A stretch of 64,000 nucleotides of DNA from Candidatus Aminicenantes bacterium (GTDB lineage Bacteria > Acidobacteriota > Aminicenantia > Aminicenantales > JAFGBC01): the NCBI GenBank assembly GCA_963702005.1, contig OY969696.1:3296001-3360000 (forward strand), written 5' to 3'. The notes below the pieces were generated by a model. It searched no databases. It had not been told where the DNA came from and saw only the letters and a list, made by a program, of their open reading frames with translations. Below, in pieces: positions 27,119-36,941 of this stretch; the first letter of the stretch is position 1, and every line of letters begins with the position of its first letter. Position numbers and translations under genes: made by a program.

Positions 27119-28198
27119 ATGCTTGAACAATCGGCGGTTAAGTCCGGTTTACGAGCCGGACTCCTGCGCTGGTATCGCGCCCGGCGCCGGAAGCTCCCCT
27201 GGCGTGGGACGAAGGACCCCTACCGGGTCTGGGTGTCGGAGATCATGCTCCAGCAGACAACGGTTCAAGCCGTTATCCCCTATTATAAAAGGTGGATGAC
27301 GCTTTTCCCCGACGTCCGGAGCCTGGCCCGGGCTCCGCTCCGCAAGATCCTCAAGGCCTGGCAGGGCTTGGGCTATTACCGGCGCGCTCAAAACCTCCGG
27401 GCCGCGGCGAAGATTATCATGGAGAACCACGGCGGCCGACTTCCGGAGGACCGCGACGCGATCTCGAAACTCCCCGGCGTCGGCCCCTACACCGCGGCGG
27501 CCGTCCTCAGCATCGCCTACCGAAAGCCCTATCCGGTCGTGGACGTCAATGTCCGCCGTCTGATGATGCGGGTCCTGGCCATACGCGGAGAGCCCATCTC
27601 CAAACATGACGCGGCGATCCTCGGATTCCTGAGCGCCGTCATATCCCAACGGAATCCCGGGGCCTTCAACCAGGCCCTGATGGAGCTCGGGGCCCGGATC
27701 TGCAAGCCTCGAAATCCGCACTGCCCCCGCTGCCCGGTGCAGTCCCATTGCTCGGCCTATCGAAAAGGGCTCCAGGAGGTCATCCCGCGATCAAGAAAGA
27801 CCGAACGCGCCAAGAAAGTCGAAGCCGTCGTCGCGGTCGTCGAGCGCGAGGGGCGCTACCTCATCCGCAAACGCCCCGAGCAAGGGCTCCTGGGCGGCCT
27901 GTGGGAGTTCCCGGGCGGAAAGCGGAAGCCTCGGGAATCCCGTCTGGCCGCCCTGCGCCGCGAGCTCACGGAAGAGGTCGGCGTCCCTTCGCATGACGAG
28001 AAATTCCTGGCCAAGGTCCGTCACGCCTACACCACGTTCGAGGTCGACCTCTACGCCTACCGCTGCCGGCTGGAGGGCGATCCGGACCCGCGCCGCGGAC
28101 CCATTAAATGGGTGACGTCTAAAGGGCTCCGCTATTATCCGTTCCCTTCGGGGAGCGCCAAGATCATCCGGCACCTCGAGAAGTCCGGCGAGACCTGA
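27119..28198 (+). CDS. mutY: A/G-specific adenine glycosylase with C-terminal Nudix domain
   Basis: RKLPWR, VWVSEIMLQQT, WQGLGYYRRA, LPGVGPYTA (HhH), C-x6-C-x2-C-x5-C FeS motif. Confidence 0.95.
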   Translation: MLEQSAVKSGLRAGLLRWYRARRRKLPWRGTKDPYRVWVSEIMLQQTTVQAVIPYYKRWMTLFPDVRSLARAPLRKILKAWQGLGYYRRAQNLRAAAKIIMENHGGRLPEDRDAISKLPGVGPYTAAAVLSIAYRKPYPVVDVNVRRLMMRVLAIRGEPISKHDAAILGFLSAVISQRNPGAFNQALMELGARICKPRNPHCPRCPVQSHCSAYRKGLQEVIPRSRKTERAKKVEAVVAVVEREGRYLIRKRPEQGLLGGLWEFPGGKRKPRESRLAALRRELTEEVGVPSHDEKFLAKVRHAYTTFEVDLYAYRCRLEGDPDPRRGPIKWVTSKGLRYYPFPSGSAKIIRHLEKSGET

Positions 28199-28199
28199 G

Positions 28200-29207
28200 A
28201 TGGAAGCCGTCTACCGTTTCGTCGCCTACGGCGAGGACATCGTCCCCGAGCCGGGCGTCCTCGTCCTCGACGTCGGGATGAAGACCGTGCCCGGCGTCAT
28301 CGACCACCACCATCCCGGGGCCGAGCCCGAATGCGCGGCCTCGCTCGTCGTCAAGCATCCCGACCTCGTCCTCGGTCACGACCTCAACCCCCTCCGCGAG
28401 ATCGTCACGCACCGGTTGCCCGACTTCGACGCCCTGTCCGCGATCTTCCTGGCCCTCCGGCTGCTCGAGACGCGGCGGATCGACCCGGCCATGGAACGGC
28501 TGGCCGCCTACGCTAAGATAGTCGATTCGGCTTCCCTCCCCCCCTCGATCGACCTCGGCGCGACGCCCTACTCGATCCTGCGGGCCATGTTCGCCGGCCG
28601 CAAAGGGCCCGAGGAAGCGGCCAACGAAGCCCGCGTCGGAGAAGGCCTCAAGTTCATGAGATTCCTCCACGCGAAGGCCCAGGAGGGAGAGGATATCCTC
28701 GAGAACCGGCGCCTTTTCGGCGGCATCGAACGCTATGAAAGGGCCCAAAGAAAAATCGAGGAGGACCATATTCACTACCTCAACGACGCTCGACGCAGCC
28801 TCCAGATGATGCTCAGGTTACCCCTGGCGTCCGGACGGAGCTCGAAGGACGTGGACGGGCTCATCGTCCGCAAGCCGAGCTCGTTCCTGCTCAAGGAATG
28901 GGCCCGCCGCGACCGTGAGAATTCCCCCGGCGGTAACGGATTCGCCTTCCTGATGACGAATTTCCTGGAAACGAGATACATCCTCGGCGTCGACCCGGGG
29001 AGCGGGGTCAACCTCAAGGGACTGGCCGACCTCCTCAACCGGCGGGAGGCCGAAAAACGGCGCGAGGCCGGACGGCCCTTCACGGCTTGGTACGACGGCA
29101 ATTGTCCGTTGTTCGACTTCCGGATCATCGACTCGCCCCAGGACCAGACGGCGCTCGGGTACGAGGAAATCCTAGCCCTGCTCGCCGAATTCGGAGGCCG
29201 GGAATAA
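28200..29207 (+). CDS. DHH/MYG1-like putative phosphoesterase with permuted motif order
   Basis: VLDVG, IDHHH, then THRLPDFDA. Confidence 0.55.
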   Translation: MEAVYRFVAYGEDIVPEPGVLVLDVGMKTVPGVIDHHHPGAEPECAASLVVKHPDLVLGHDLNPLREIVTHRLPDFDALSAIFLALRLLETRRIDPAMERLAAYAKIVDSASLPPSIDLGATPYSILRAMFAGRKGPEEAANEARVGEGLKFMRFLHAKAQEGEDILENRRLFGGIERYERAQRKIEEDHIHYLNDARRSLQMMLRLPLASGRSSKDVDGLIVRKPSSFLLKEWARRDRENSPGGNGFAFLMTNFLETRYILGVDPGSGVNLKGLADLLNRREAEKRREAGRPFTAWYDGNCPLFDFRIIDSPQDQTALGYEEILALLAEFGGRE

Positions 29208-29267
29208 AATGCGGGTTTCAACCATCTAATGGTTGTTGGAGTACTCGTTTCGCGCGAATTCACGCTT

Positions 29268-29819
29268 ATGGACCAAGGCGAACAGGAGTTGCTCGATAGA
29301 GCCAGGCAGGGCGACCGCCGGGCCATGGAAGAGATCATCGTCCGCTATGAACGGCCGGTGGCGGCGACCGTGACGGGCATTCTGGGCTACAGCCCCGAGG
29401 TCGACGACATCGGGCAGGAAACCTTCGTCCGCTTTTTCCGGGCGATGGGGGGCTTTCGCGGCGATTCCCGGATCGGGACCTACATTATCCGGATTGCCAT
29501 CAACCTGTCCCGGACCGAACTCAAGCGGCGGAAGCGCTATGCCGGCTGGCCCGAGGCCGAAGTCCCGGCCGGCGACGACGCCGTCTCGGGGCGGCCGGCC
29601 GCGGAGAGCGACCGCGACGCCAAGTCGATAGTCCGGGACGGGCTCCAGAGGCTCGAGCCCAAGTTCCGGACCGTTCTCGTTCTTCGCCTGATGAGCGGCT
29701 ATTCGACCCAGGAGACGGCGAAAATCCTGCGCCTCCCCCAGGGGACCGTCTTGTCGCGGCTCTCCCGGGGCCAGGCCAAGCTGAGGGAGATCATCACGGA
29801 CTTATCCTCGCGTCAATAG
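29268..29819 (+). CDS. ECF sigma factor
   Basis: DDIGQETF, FRGDS..TYIIRIAIN, PQGTVLSRLSRG. Confidence 0.92.
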   Translation: MDQGEQELLDRARQGDRRAMEEIIVRYERPVAATVTGILGYSPEVDDIGQETFVRFFRAMGGFRGDSRIGTYIIRIAINLSRTELKRRKRYAGWPEAEVPAGDDAVSGRPAAESDRDAKSIVRDGLQRLEPKFRTVLVLRLMSGYSTQETAKILRLPQGTVLSRLSRGQAKLREIITDLSSRQ

Positions 29820-29853
29820 CATTAATATTATGCCGAGAGAAGGAGAGAGAGAG

Positions 29854-30267
29854 ATGGACAAACGGATCAAAAGGCTCCTCCTCCGGTCCCTGGAGGGCCC
29901 ATTGAAAAGAAGGGACCGGCTCCGCCTGGACGGGGCCTTGAGGGATTCCGAGGAACTGAGGCGGTACCGCGACGAGGCCGACGCCCTGCGGCGGGACCTG
30001 GCCGCCGGCGCCGCCGAATCCTTTCGTCCCGGATTCCCGGGCCGCGTGCTGGCCAAGCTCGAAGCGGACAGGATCGAGGACGACCCCCAGACCGTCCACT
30101 ACAAGAGATTCAAGGCGGTCTTCCGCCGCTTCGCCTGGGCCGCCTTCCTCATCCTGGCCTTCCTGATCACCTACAACCTGGCTCACAGCGAACTCGTCCC
30201 CCGCAACGAACTTCTCTATGCCTGCGACCAGACCGTCGGCGAGTTCCTGAACCTTCCCGTCTTTTAG
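29854..30267 (+). CDS. Putative membrane anti-sigma factor
   Basis: Follows the ECF gene; helical N-terminus plus a single TM. Confidence 0.65.
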   Translation: MDKRIKRLLLRSLEGPLKRRDRLRLDGALRDSEELRRYRDEADALRRDLAAGAAESFRPGFPGRVLAKLEADRIEDDPQTVHYKRFKAVFRRFAWAAFLILAFLITYNLAHSELVPRNELLYACDQTVGEFLNLPVF

Positions 30268-30283
30268 GGAGGAGGCAACGACA

Positions 30284-30970
30284 ATGAGCGCTAAAGCTAA
30301 AATCATTCTTCACATGGGCGTGATGTTGATCATCGGCATCGTCATCGGAGCCATGCTCAACCGGGCGATCGTCCAGAAGCATATCCGCGACATCATGGAG
30401 ATGCGGGCGGCCGGCCGGTTCGTCCCGGGCATCCAGGGCCTCCTCGACTCGACGACGCCCGAACAAGCGCCGAAGATCAAGGAGGCGTTCGAGAAACACC
30501 GGAAGAGCCTGGCCGAGATCCACGAGCGGTTCGGCCGCGAGATCCGGACCGCCATGGACGATCTCAAGAAAGAGATGGAGCCTCTTCTGACTCCGGAACA
30601 GAAAAAACGGTTCGAAACCATGCTCCCCGGCCCCCCCCGTTTCCTTCGGGGAGGAAGAGAGGGTTTTCGCATGGGAGGGCCCCCCTTCCCCGGCGGGTTC
30701 GGCATCGAATGGTTCAAGGACCGGTTGAAGCTTTCCGACGATCAACTCGCCAAGATCAAGGACATCTTCAGCCGCTACCGAAAGCCGGTTGGGCCTCGGC
30801 CCGGCGGGGAGCCGGGTCGGGAGCCGGCCTACCTTGAGAGGGACCTTTCGAAAATGGAGGCCGAGGTCGAGGGCGTGCTGACGGAAGAGCAAAAGGTCAT
30901 CTTCCGCCAAATGCGGGAGGAGCGGCGCAGGCCGCCGTTCGGGGAAGACCCCCCGCCGCTTCCGGAATGA
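30284..30970 (+). CDS. Periplasmic Spy/CpxP/ZraP-like helical protein
   Basis: N-terminal TM, two LTxEQ motifs, L.LSDDQ. Confidence 0.65.
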   Translation: MSAKAKIILHMGVMLIIGIVIGAMLNRAIVQKHIRDIMEMRAAGRFVPGIQGLLDSTTPEQAPKIKEAFEKHRKSLAEIHERFGREIRTAMDDLKKEMEPLLTPEQKKRFETMLPGPPRFLRGGREGFRMGGPPFPGGFGIEWFKDRLKLSDDQLAKIKDIFSRYRKPVGPRPGGEPGREPAYLERDLSKMEAEVEGVLTEEQKVIFRQMREERRRPPFGEDPPPLPE

Positions 30971-30985
30971 TTTTCGGGAGACGCC

Positions 30986-31885
30986 ATGAGCCGGAATTCA
31001 TCCCCTCGCCTGAGCAATATTTTACCGGCACGTCGGGCGGCGGCCGCGCTGTCCTTCGTCTGTCTGCTGGGCGCGGCCGCCTGCGCGGCGTCACGAACCT
31101 ATCAAGTCGAAAGCCTTTGGCCGAAAAACCCGGTCCTGATCGACGGCAAATCGGATGACTGGCGCGGCGCTCTCGCCTTCGTCGGCGAGGGCGAGTTATC
31201 CCTCGGTTTTTATAACGACGGGGATAACCTCTACCTGTGTCTCCTCGTCGCCGACGAGATGTCGCGCGAACGGATCATCAGAAGCGGCCTGATGGTCTGG
31301 ATCGATCCCCAAGGCGGGAAAGCCCGGACCTTGGGAATCCGCTATCCGGCCGGGCCGCCGGCGGGAGGCCCTCCCGAAGAATCCGAGACGGAACCGACGG
31401 ACAGACGTTCCGGCCGGGAGAGGCCTCCCGACCGGGAGATGGGACCTCCCTCGGAAGGCGCCCTGGACGAAATCGAAATCATCCGCTCCGGAAAAAACGA
31501 ACCGGAGCGTATCAAGCTCGACCAGGTCCACGGACTCGAGGTCAAGATGGAAGAAGCGAGCGGCCTGCTCGTGTACGAGCTTAAGATCCCCCTTCTCGGC
31601 GACGGCCAGTCCACCGTGTCGATCGGGGCTAAGCCGGGGGCGACCGTCGGAATCGGGCTTGAAACCGCCGAATTCAAGAGGCGCGGGCGCGACATGATGG
31701 GCCCCGGCGGGATGCCTCGGGGCGGAGGGGGGATGTCTCCCATGGGAGGCCGCGGCAGGTTCGGAGGGCGCATGCCCGCCAATTTCGACTTCCCCAAACC
31801 GCTAAAAATCTGGGCCTTCGTCAAGCTGTCGTCGGGGGCGGGCGCCCCCTCCGCCGCCCTGATGTCCCTGGAAAACTTGGACTGA
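30986..31885 (+). CDS. Putative lipoprotein (sugar-binding/DOMON-like)
   Basis: Lipobox-like AAAC, IDGKSDDW, NLYL, YELKIPL. Confidence 0.6.
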   Translation: MSRNSSPRLSNILPARRAAAALSFVCLLGAAACAASRTYQVESLWPKNPVLIDGKSDDWRGALAFVGEGELSLGFYNDGDNLYLCLLVADEMSRERIIRSGLMVWIDPQGGKARTLGIRYPAGPPAGGPPEESETEPTDRRSGRERPPDREMGPPSEGALDEIEIIRSGKNEPERIKLDQVHGLEVKMEEASGLLVYELKIPLLGDGQSTVSIGAKPGATVGIGLETAEFKRRGRDMMGPGGMPRGGGGMSPMGGRGRFGGRMPANFDFPKPLKIWAFVKLSSGAGAPSAALMSLENLD

Positions 31886-34645
31886 CCGGAGCTTCCGGAC
31901 GGCTTGTTCGAGGACGGCCGCGACCGCGGCCCGATGGGATTGAAGCGTCGAGGGATCGTCCGTATATTCCATGGTCGACCGGACGATGGAGCCCGGAATG
32001 ACAAGGAGCGCCTTCGCCTTCCTGACGAGATCCGGGGCGAGGCCCAGCCGTTTAAGGTCGTCGGCGGCCTTTCTCAGCATCCAGAAATATTCGTAGTCCT
32101 CGATCCCCTCCCGGATAAGCTCCCAGCGAATGGAGGGCGTCGGCCCTTCGATCCGCGTCCGGCCGTCCTTCCAGGCTCGGGGCGGATAGACCAGGCGGCC
32201 GTCGCCGTTCCCCCACGTCCCGGCGACGCCGTCCTCGAAGTTATAGCTCATCGGATCCCGCCACGGATCTTGATAATCGGGAGGGGGAAAAACGGAATCC
32301 TCGGTCCAATAATTCGTCGACCAGTAGAGATCCCCCTGAAGGCCGAAGCGCCAGGCCATCCAGAAGCGAATCCTGTGCTCGATCCCCGGATGGTCGATGA
32401 AATTATTCGGATAGGGCGCGGGAGGCCAGGTGCAGACATACCACCAAACCTCCTCCCCGGCCGACTGCCGTTGTTTGGCCCAGCCGGTCTGGAACATATC
32501 CAGGGTCGGCGACCAGATGTCGACGCGGCCGGCGAACTCCGGCTCGTACTGCTCGGTCAGGAGCCGCTTCAGCCGGGAATCCATCCGGTGGAGCATGTCC
32601 ATGCCCTGGACCACGATCGGATACGTCTCCGGCTCGGGCTCGTCGTACCAGTAGGCGTAGGCCCGGTCCAGCCAGCCTTTGGCGGCGAGGTGATCCGTGA
32701 TCGCGCGAAGCATCCGTCCGTAGGCTTTCTCGTAGGCCGGCGTCCCCCAGGCGAGGCCGAGGAAGCTTTCAAGGCTGTAGCGCCCCAGCGCGCCCCAGCC
32801 GAAATAAGGCAGCGGCAGGAGAAAGGAATCCGCGCCCAGATCCTCCAATGCGAACCGGGCGGCCTTGTCGAAGCGCGTAAAATCAACTTGGATGGCGGCC
32901 CGGTCCGGCGTCATTTCGAAATCCCCGTTAACGATTAGGTTGGCCCCCGTCCCGTTCTCCCGCAAGCTGATATCGTCGAACCAGGTCCGTCCCACGAGCT
33001 CGCCGGCATCGGTCCAACGACGCGCGTAGAGATAGACCCTGAACGAGGCCGCCCGCGGAGAGACGGCCGATGACGGGATCGAGGCCGAGCCGGACTGCCA
33101 AACGCCGTTCCCCGTTCTCTCGAAGTCGAGGTTCCAATAGGGAATCCATTCGTCGTTGCGGTCGTACTGATCGACCGCGACCAGGTAGTCGTGAGCTCCG
33201 TCCGTGCGCGCCCGCCAGGAGATCGTGTAGCGCGACCCGGCCCCGACCGCGACCGGAAGGTCCGATCGCGTCGAAACGGCCTCATCGGTTCGATCATCGC
33301 GGACCTCGAGGACTCGGTTCACGGAGCCGGGAGAGGCGGGATCGGTCCGGATGGTGCCGTCCATCCAGTTCCAATCCGGCAAGGACACCTGGACGCCGTC
33401 GTCCCCGAAGGGATCGTAAACGCTGATCCGATGCGACGCGAAGTCGCGCAGGTACATCCTCAGGACTTGCCGCCTGTCGTCGCGCCGTCCCCTGAGATTG
33501 TGGTAGCGGTCGATCGCGCCTAAGTCGAGGCCATAGGCGGTCCTCACGTGCCGCTCCTCGGGCATGTCGAAGTCCCAGACGCGGAGGCGGAGCGGAACGT
33601 CCACGGCGGCGGCCGCGGCAAACCGGAGCCGGAGCGTCCCGCGGTATTCGCCGGCCGGGGCCGAATCCGGCACCCGGACATCGAACCAGAGAGGCTGCTG
33701 GCGGCCGGCTTCGAGAGCGAGGGGCGGCCGGAGCAACGGAAGAGGGTCCGGGGTCTCGCCCCGGAAATAGGGAACGTCCGTCGGCTTGGTTACGTTCAGA
33801 TAGGCGACCTCGCGGGTCGTGAAACTCGCCCCGGGGATAGTCGATCCGGCCGGGCCGTTCAAATCCGAAAAGGCCGCACCAACAAGCGTGTCCCCACCTT
33901 GGGGCCAGAGGATGACTTGAAAAGGCTCGGTTTCGCCCCGAGCGGCCGTCAAATGGACGAACGAGACGCCGGGGGCCGACGCGGCCAAAGTCGCATCTCT
34001 CCTAACCTTCTCCTCGACCGGAGCCTGCCAGAGGCGAACCGGGCCGCTCCGGCGGATCCAGCGTCCCCGCACGGTCGTATCCGGCTGCTTCTCCTCGAGC
34101 CGAATATCGTCGAACCAGGCTTGCCCGGTCCGGTCTCCGGATTCCGTCCAGAGGACGGGCCTCAGGACGACCCGGATGGACTTCGTATCCGCGTTGAAGG
34201 CAAAGACGGGCAAGGCAAACTTCGTCCAGGACTTCGAGGTCGGAATGGAAAAATCCTGGTTGTTGCCGCTGATCCAGCGTCCGGCCCCATCGTACTGGTC
34301 GAGGCTGACCAGGGCCAGCTGGCCCTCGGCCGCGCCGCGGGCCCAGACCTGAAGAAGATAGGTCCGATCCTGAGCGACGGCGATGAGATCGGCCGTCCAG
34401 GCCGCGATATCGCCCGCGGGGTCATTGTCATCGACGCGGAGGCAATTTAATCCCTCGTGGGGATTCGTCCGGTCGATGATGCCCCCCTCCCATCCGGTCC
34501 GTCCTTCCTCGAAGCCGCCGTTGGTCACGAGATTTTGGGATGCGAATAGGGCCGCCGACGCGATCCCCAAGAAAATCCCGGCCGCCCTGACGGCCCGAGC
34601 GAGCGGGCGTCGCGGGTTGCCGAATATCGGCCGCTCCGTCCCCAT
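31802..34645 (-). CDS. GH123/DUF4091-like glycoside hydrolase with carbohydrate-binding modules
   Basis: NGGFE/NGDFE CBMs, ARGETEPFQV, YWYDEP, WWYVC, GDGRLVYP, SIRWELIREGIEDYEY. Confidence 0.82.
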   Translation of the reverse strand: MGTERPIFGNPRRPLARAVRAAGIFLGIASAALFASQNLVTNGGFEEGRTGWEGGIIDRTNPHEGLNCLRVDDNDPAGDIAAWTADLIAVAQDRTYLLQVWARGAAEGQLALVSLDQYDGAGRWISGNNQDFSIPTSKSWTKFALPVFAFNADTKSIRVVLRPVLWTESGDRTGQAWFDDIRLEEKQPDTTVRGRWIRRSGPVRLWQAPVEEKVRRDATLAASAPGVSFVHLTAARGETEPFQVILWPQGGDTLVGAAFSDLNGPAGSTIPGASFTTREVAYLNVTKPTDVPYFRGETPDPLPLLRPPLALEAGRQQPLWFDVRVPDSAPAGEYRGTLRLRFAAAAAVDVPLRLRVWDFDMPEERHVRTAYGLDLGAIDRYHNLRGRRDDRRQVLRMYLRDFASHRISVYDPFGDDGVQVSLPDWNWMDGTIRTDPASPGSVNRVLEVRDDRTDEAVSTRSDLPVAVGAGSRYTISWRARTDGAHDYLVAVDQYDRNDEWIPYWNLDFERTGNGVWQSGSASIPSSAVSPRAASFRVYLYARRWTDAGELVGRTWFDDISLRENGTGANLIVNGDFEMTPDRAAIQVDFTRFDKAARFALEDLGADSFLLPLPYFGWGALGRYSLESFLGLAWGTPAYEKAYGRMLRAITDHLAAKGWLDRAYAYWYDEPEPETYPIVVQGMDMLHRMDSRLKRLLTEQYEPEFAGRVDIWSPTLDMFQTGWAKQRQSAGEEVWWYVCTWPPAPYPNNFIDHPGIEHRIRFWMAWRFGLQGDLYWSTNYWTEDSVFPPPDYQDPWRDPMSYNFEDGVAGTWGNGDGRLVYPPRAWKDGRTRIEGPTPSIRWELIREGIEDYEYFWMLRKAADDLKRLGLAPDLVRKAKALLVIPGSIVRSTMEYTDDPSTLQSHRAAVAAVLEQAVRKLRSVQVFQGHQGGGGGARPRRQLDEGPDF

Positions 34646-34824
34646 TTCGAGTGAAGAATAGCCCCCGTCGCCGGGACTGTCAATCCCGCAACGGCCTATT
34701 TTTATTGACATCTACGTATCCGACGAATAAAATTGCGGCCATGGGGGTCGCGATCTCGGCCAAGCGATCCGATGCGTTATTGGGGCCTTGAAAAGATAAA
34801 GATGTGGCCGGGAAAGGAGGTTCC

Positions 34825-36906
34825 GTGATTAAAATCATCCGCGTTTCCGCACTGGTTTTGGCGGCGCTCTTACCGTTGACGTCTTTTTGCGAGACGGGTT
34901 CGACTCTCGCGTCTCGGCATGCCTATACCCCCGTCCCGGACTTCGGGCGCATCCCTCTTTATTTCATCCCTAACCGGGGGCAGCGAGATTCCAGGACCCT
35001 TTTCTATGCCGCGACATCGCGCTACACTCTGTGGCTGACCGAACAGGGCATGGCCTTCGGCTCTTCGCGGCTCGAATTCCCGGGCGCCAGCTCAAAATTG
35101 AAAGTCGTCGCGGCTGACCCTTCCGACTATCGAGTCAGCTACTTCGAAGGGAGCGATCCAGAGCGCTGGCAAGCCGGCCTTCCCACGTCGGCGGCAGTCC
35201 TCTACCAAGGCCTCTACGACAGGATTAACCTCAAGATTTACGGCGTCGAGCGGGAAGTCGAGTACGACTGGATCGTCGAGCCCGGCGGCGATCCGGGACG
35301 GATCCGGATGGCCTATCGAGACGTCCGTAAAACGGGGATCGACCGGGAGGGAAACCTCGTCGTCGAGACCGCCTTGGGCGAAATCGCGCATCGCAAGCCC
35401 GAGGCCTACCAAGTCATCGACGGCCGGCGGATCGCGGTCGAGGCCGCCTTCAAGACAATCGGAAAGGACGAATACGGCTTTCGGGTTGGAACATACGATC
35501 CGGCCCGCGACCTCATCATCGATCCTTACGTCGTAGTCTATTCCACCTATCTGGGAGGGTCGCTCTTTGATAGATGCTCGGGATTCGCTATAGATACCGC
35601 AGGCGCCCTTTATATAGCCGGCTATTCGGAGAGCGCCGATTTCCCGGCATCCACTTCGGCGAACGGGGCAGCGGCCAGAAACGACGATTTCGTGACAAAG
35701 CTATCGCCTGACGGACAAAGTCTCATCTACACCGTTTTCCTCGCGGTCGGCCAACCTCAGGAATTTTTCGTTTACCCGGGACTCGCCGTCGACGCCGCGG
35801 GAGCGGCTTACCTCGCCGGCACGACGCAAACCCATACCTTCCCCGTCAAGAATGCCTTCCAACCCAAGTTCGGCGGCGGCTACCTCGACGCCTTCATCAC
35901 GAAAATCGCTCCCGACGGCCGAAGCCTCGTCTACTCGAGCTTCCTGGGAGGTGGCGAAATAGATGCCTGCGGATCCGTCGCGGTGGACGGAAAAGGCACC
36001 GCTTACATCGCGGGATACACCTGGAGCAGCGATTTCCGCGTCAAGAACGCCTATCAAGCCAATACCGCAGGCGCGTTGGAGGCCTTTGTCACAAAGGTGG
36101 CCCCGAACGGAAAGAGCCTGGCTTATTCAACCTATCTCGGCGGATCAGGTCATGATGAGGGCTGGGGGATCGCCGTGGACAGCAGCGGCGCCGCTTACGT
36201 CGTCGGCACGACGGAAAGCGCCAATTTTCCGACGAAGCACGCCTATCAAAAAACCTTGAAGGGCATGGGCAACCTCTTTGTCACAAAATTCGCCCCGGAC
36301 GGGAGAAGCCTCTCTTATTCCACGTTCTGGGGCAGTCAGAAGTACGACTATGCGGCCGCGATCGCGGTGGATGGCGGCGGATACGTCTATGTCTTGGGCT
36401 ATACCTACGGCAACATCACCATGAAGAATGCGCTCCAGCCGGTCCGCAAGGGTTCGGATGACGTCATCCTGGCCAAGTTCGCTCCGAACGGCCAAAGCCT
36501 CGTTTTCTCGACCTATCTGGGAGGATCGGCATCCGACTGGAGCAACAGCCTGGCCGTGGATAAGGACGGAGCGGTCTATGTCACGGGCGGAACCGGGAGC
36601 TACAATTTTCCCAAGAAGAACCCCTGCCAAACGGCCCTCAAGGGTAAGTATGATGCTTTCGTGACAAAATTCGATCCCAGCGGCCGGAGCCTTGCCTTCT
36701 CGACTTTCCTCGGGGGGGCTTACCAGGATTTCGGAATCCGGACCGTTGCCGGACCGGGCGGAGAGATCTACGTCGCCGGCTACACGAACAGCCTCGATAT
36801 CCCCGTGGTCAAACCCTATCAGAAAAAGTATGGCGGCGGGGAAGACGATCTTTTTATCACAAAATATTCCTCTGGGGCCCAGACGGCGGGCCGGAAGCGA
36901 CGCTGA
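34825..36906 (+). CDS. Secreted SBBP beta-propeller repeat protein
   Basis: FIPNRGQ, YSTYLGG / AYVxGxTxSxxFP / DAFVTK repeats. Confidence 0.88.
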   Translation: MIKIIRVSALVLAALLPLTSFCETGSTLASRHAYTPVPDFGRIPLYFIPNRGQRDSRTLFYAATSRYTLWLTEQGMAFGSSRLEFPGASSKLKVVAADPSDYRVSYFEGSDPERWQAGLPTSAAVLYQGLYDRINLKIYGVEREVEYDWIVEPGGDPGRIRMAYRDVRKTGIDREGNLVVETALGEIAHRKPEAYQVIDGRRIAVEAAFKTIGKDEYGFRVGTYDPARDLIIDPYVVVYSTYLGGSLFDRCSGFAIDTAGALYIAGYSESADFPASTSANGAAARNDDFVTKLSPDGQSLIYTVFLAVGQPQEFFVYPGLAVDAAGAAYLAGTTQTHTFPVKNAFQPKFGGGYLDAFITKIAPDGRSLVYSSFLGGGEIDACGSVAVDGKGTAYIAGYTWSSDFRVKNAYQANTAGALEAFVTKVAPNGKSLAYSTYLGGSGHDEGWGIAVDSSGAAYVVGTTESANFPTKHAYQKTLKGMGNLFVTKFAPDGRSLSYSTFWGSQKYDYAAAIAVDGGGYVYVLGYTYGNITMKNALQPVRKGSDDVILAKFAPNGQSLVFSTYLGGSASDWSNSLAVDKDGAVYVTGGTGSYNFPKKNPCQTALKGKYDAFVTKFDPSGRSLAFSTFLGGAYQDFGIRTVAGPGGEIYVAGYTNSLDIPVVKPYQKKYGGGEDDLFITKYSSGAQTAGRKRR

Positions 36907-36941
36907 GCGGACTAGGAGGATTGGCGCCGGCGCAGCGGCTC

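Noticed and set aside
31802-31885. 84-bp convergent overlap of the lipoprotein and GH123-like genes
   Set aside because: The tail looks like unconserved read-through; such overlaps are common in GC-rich genomes.
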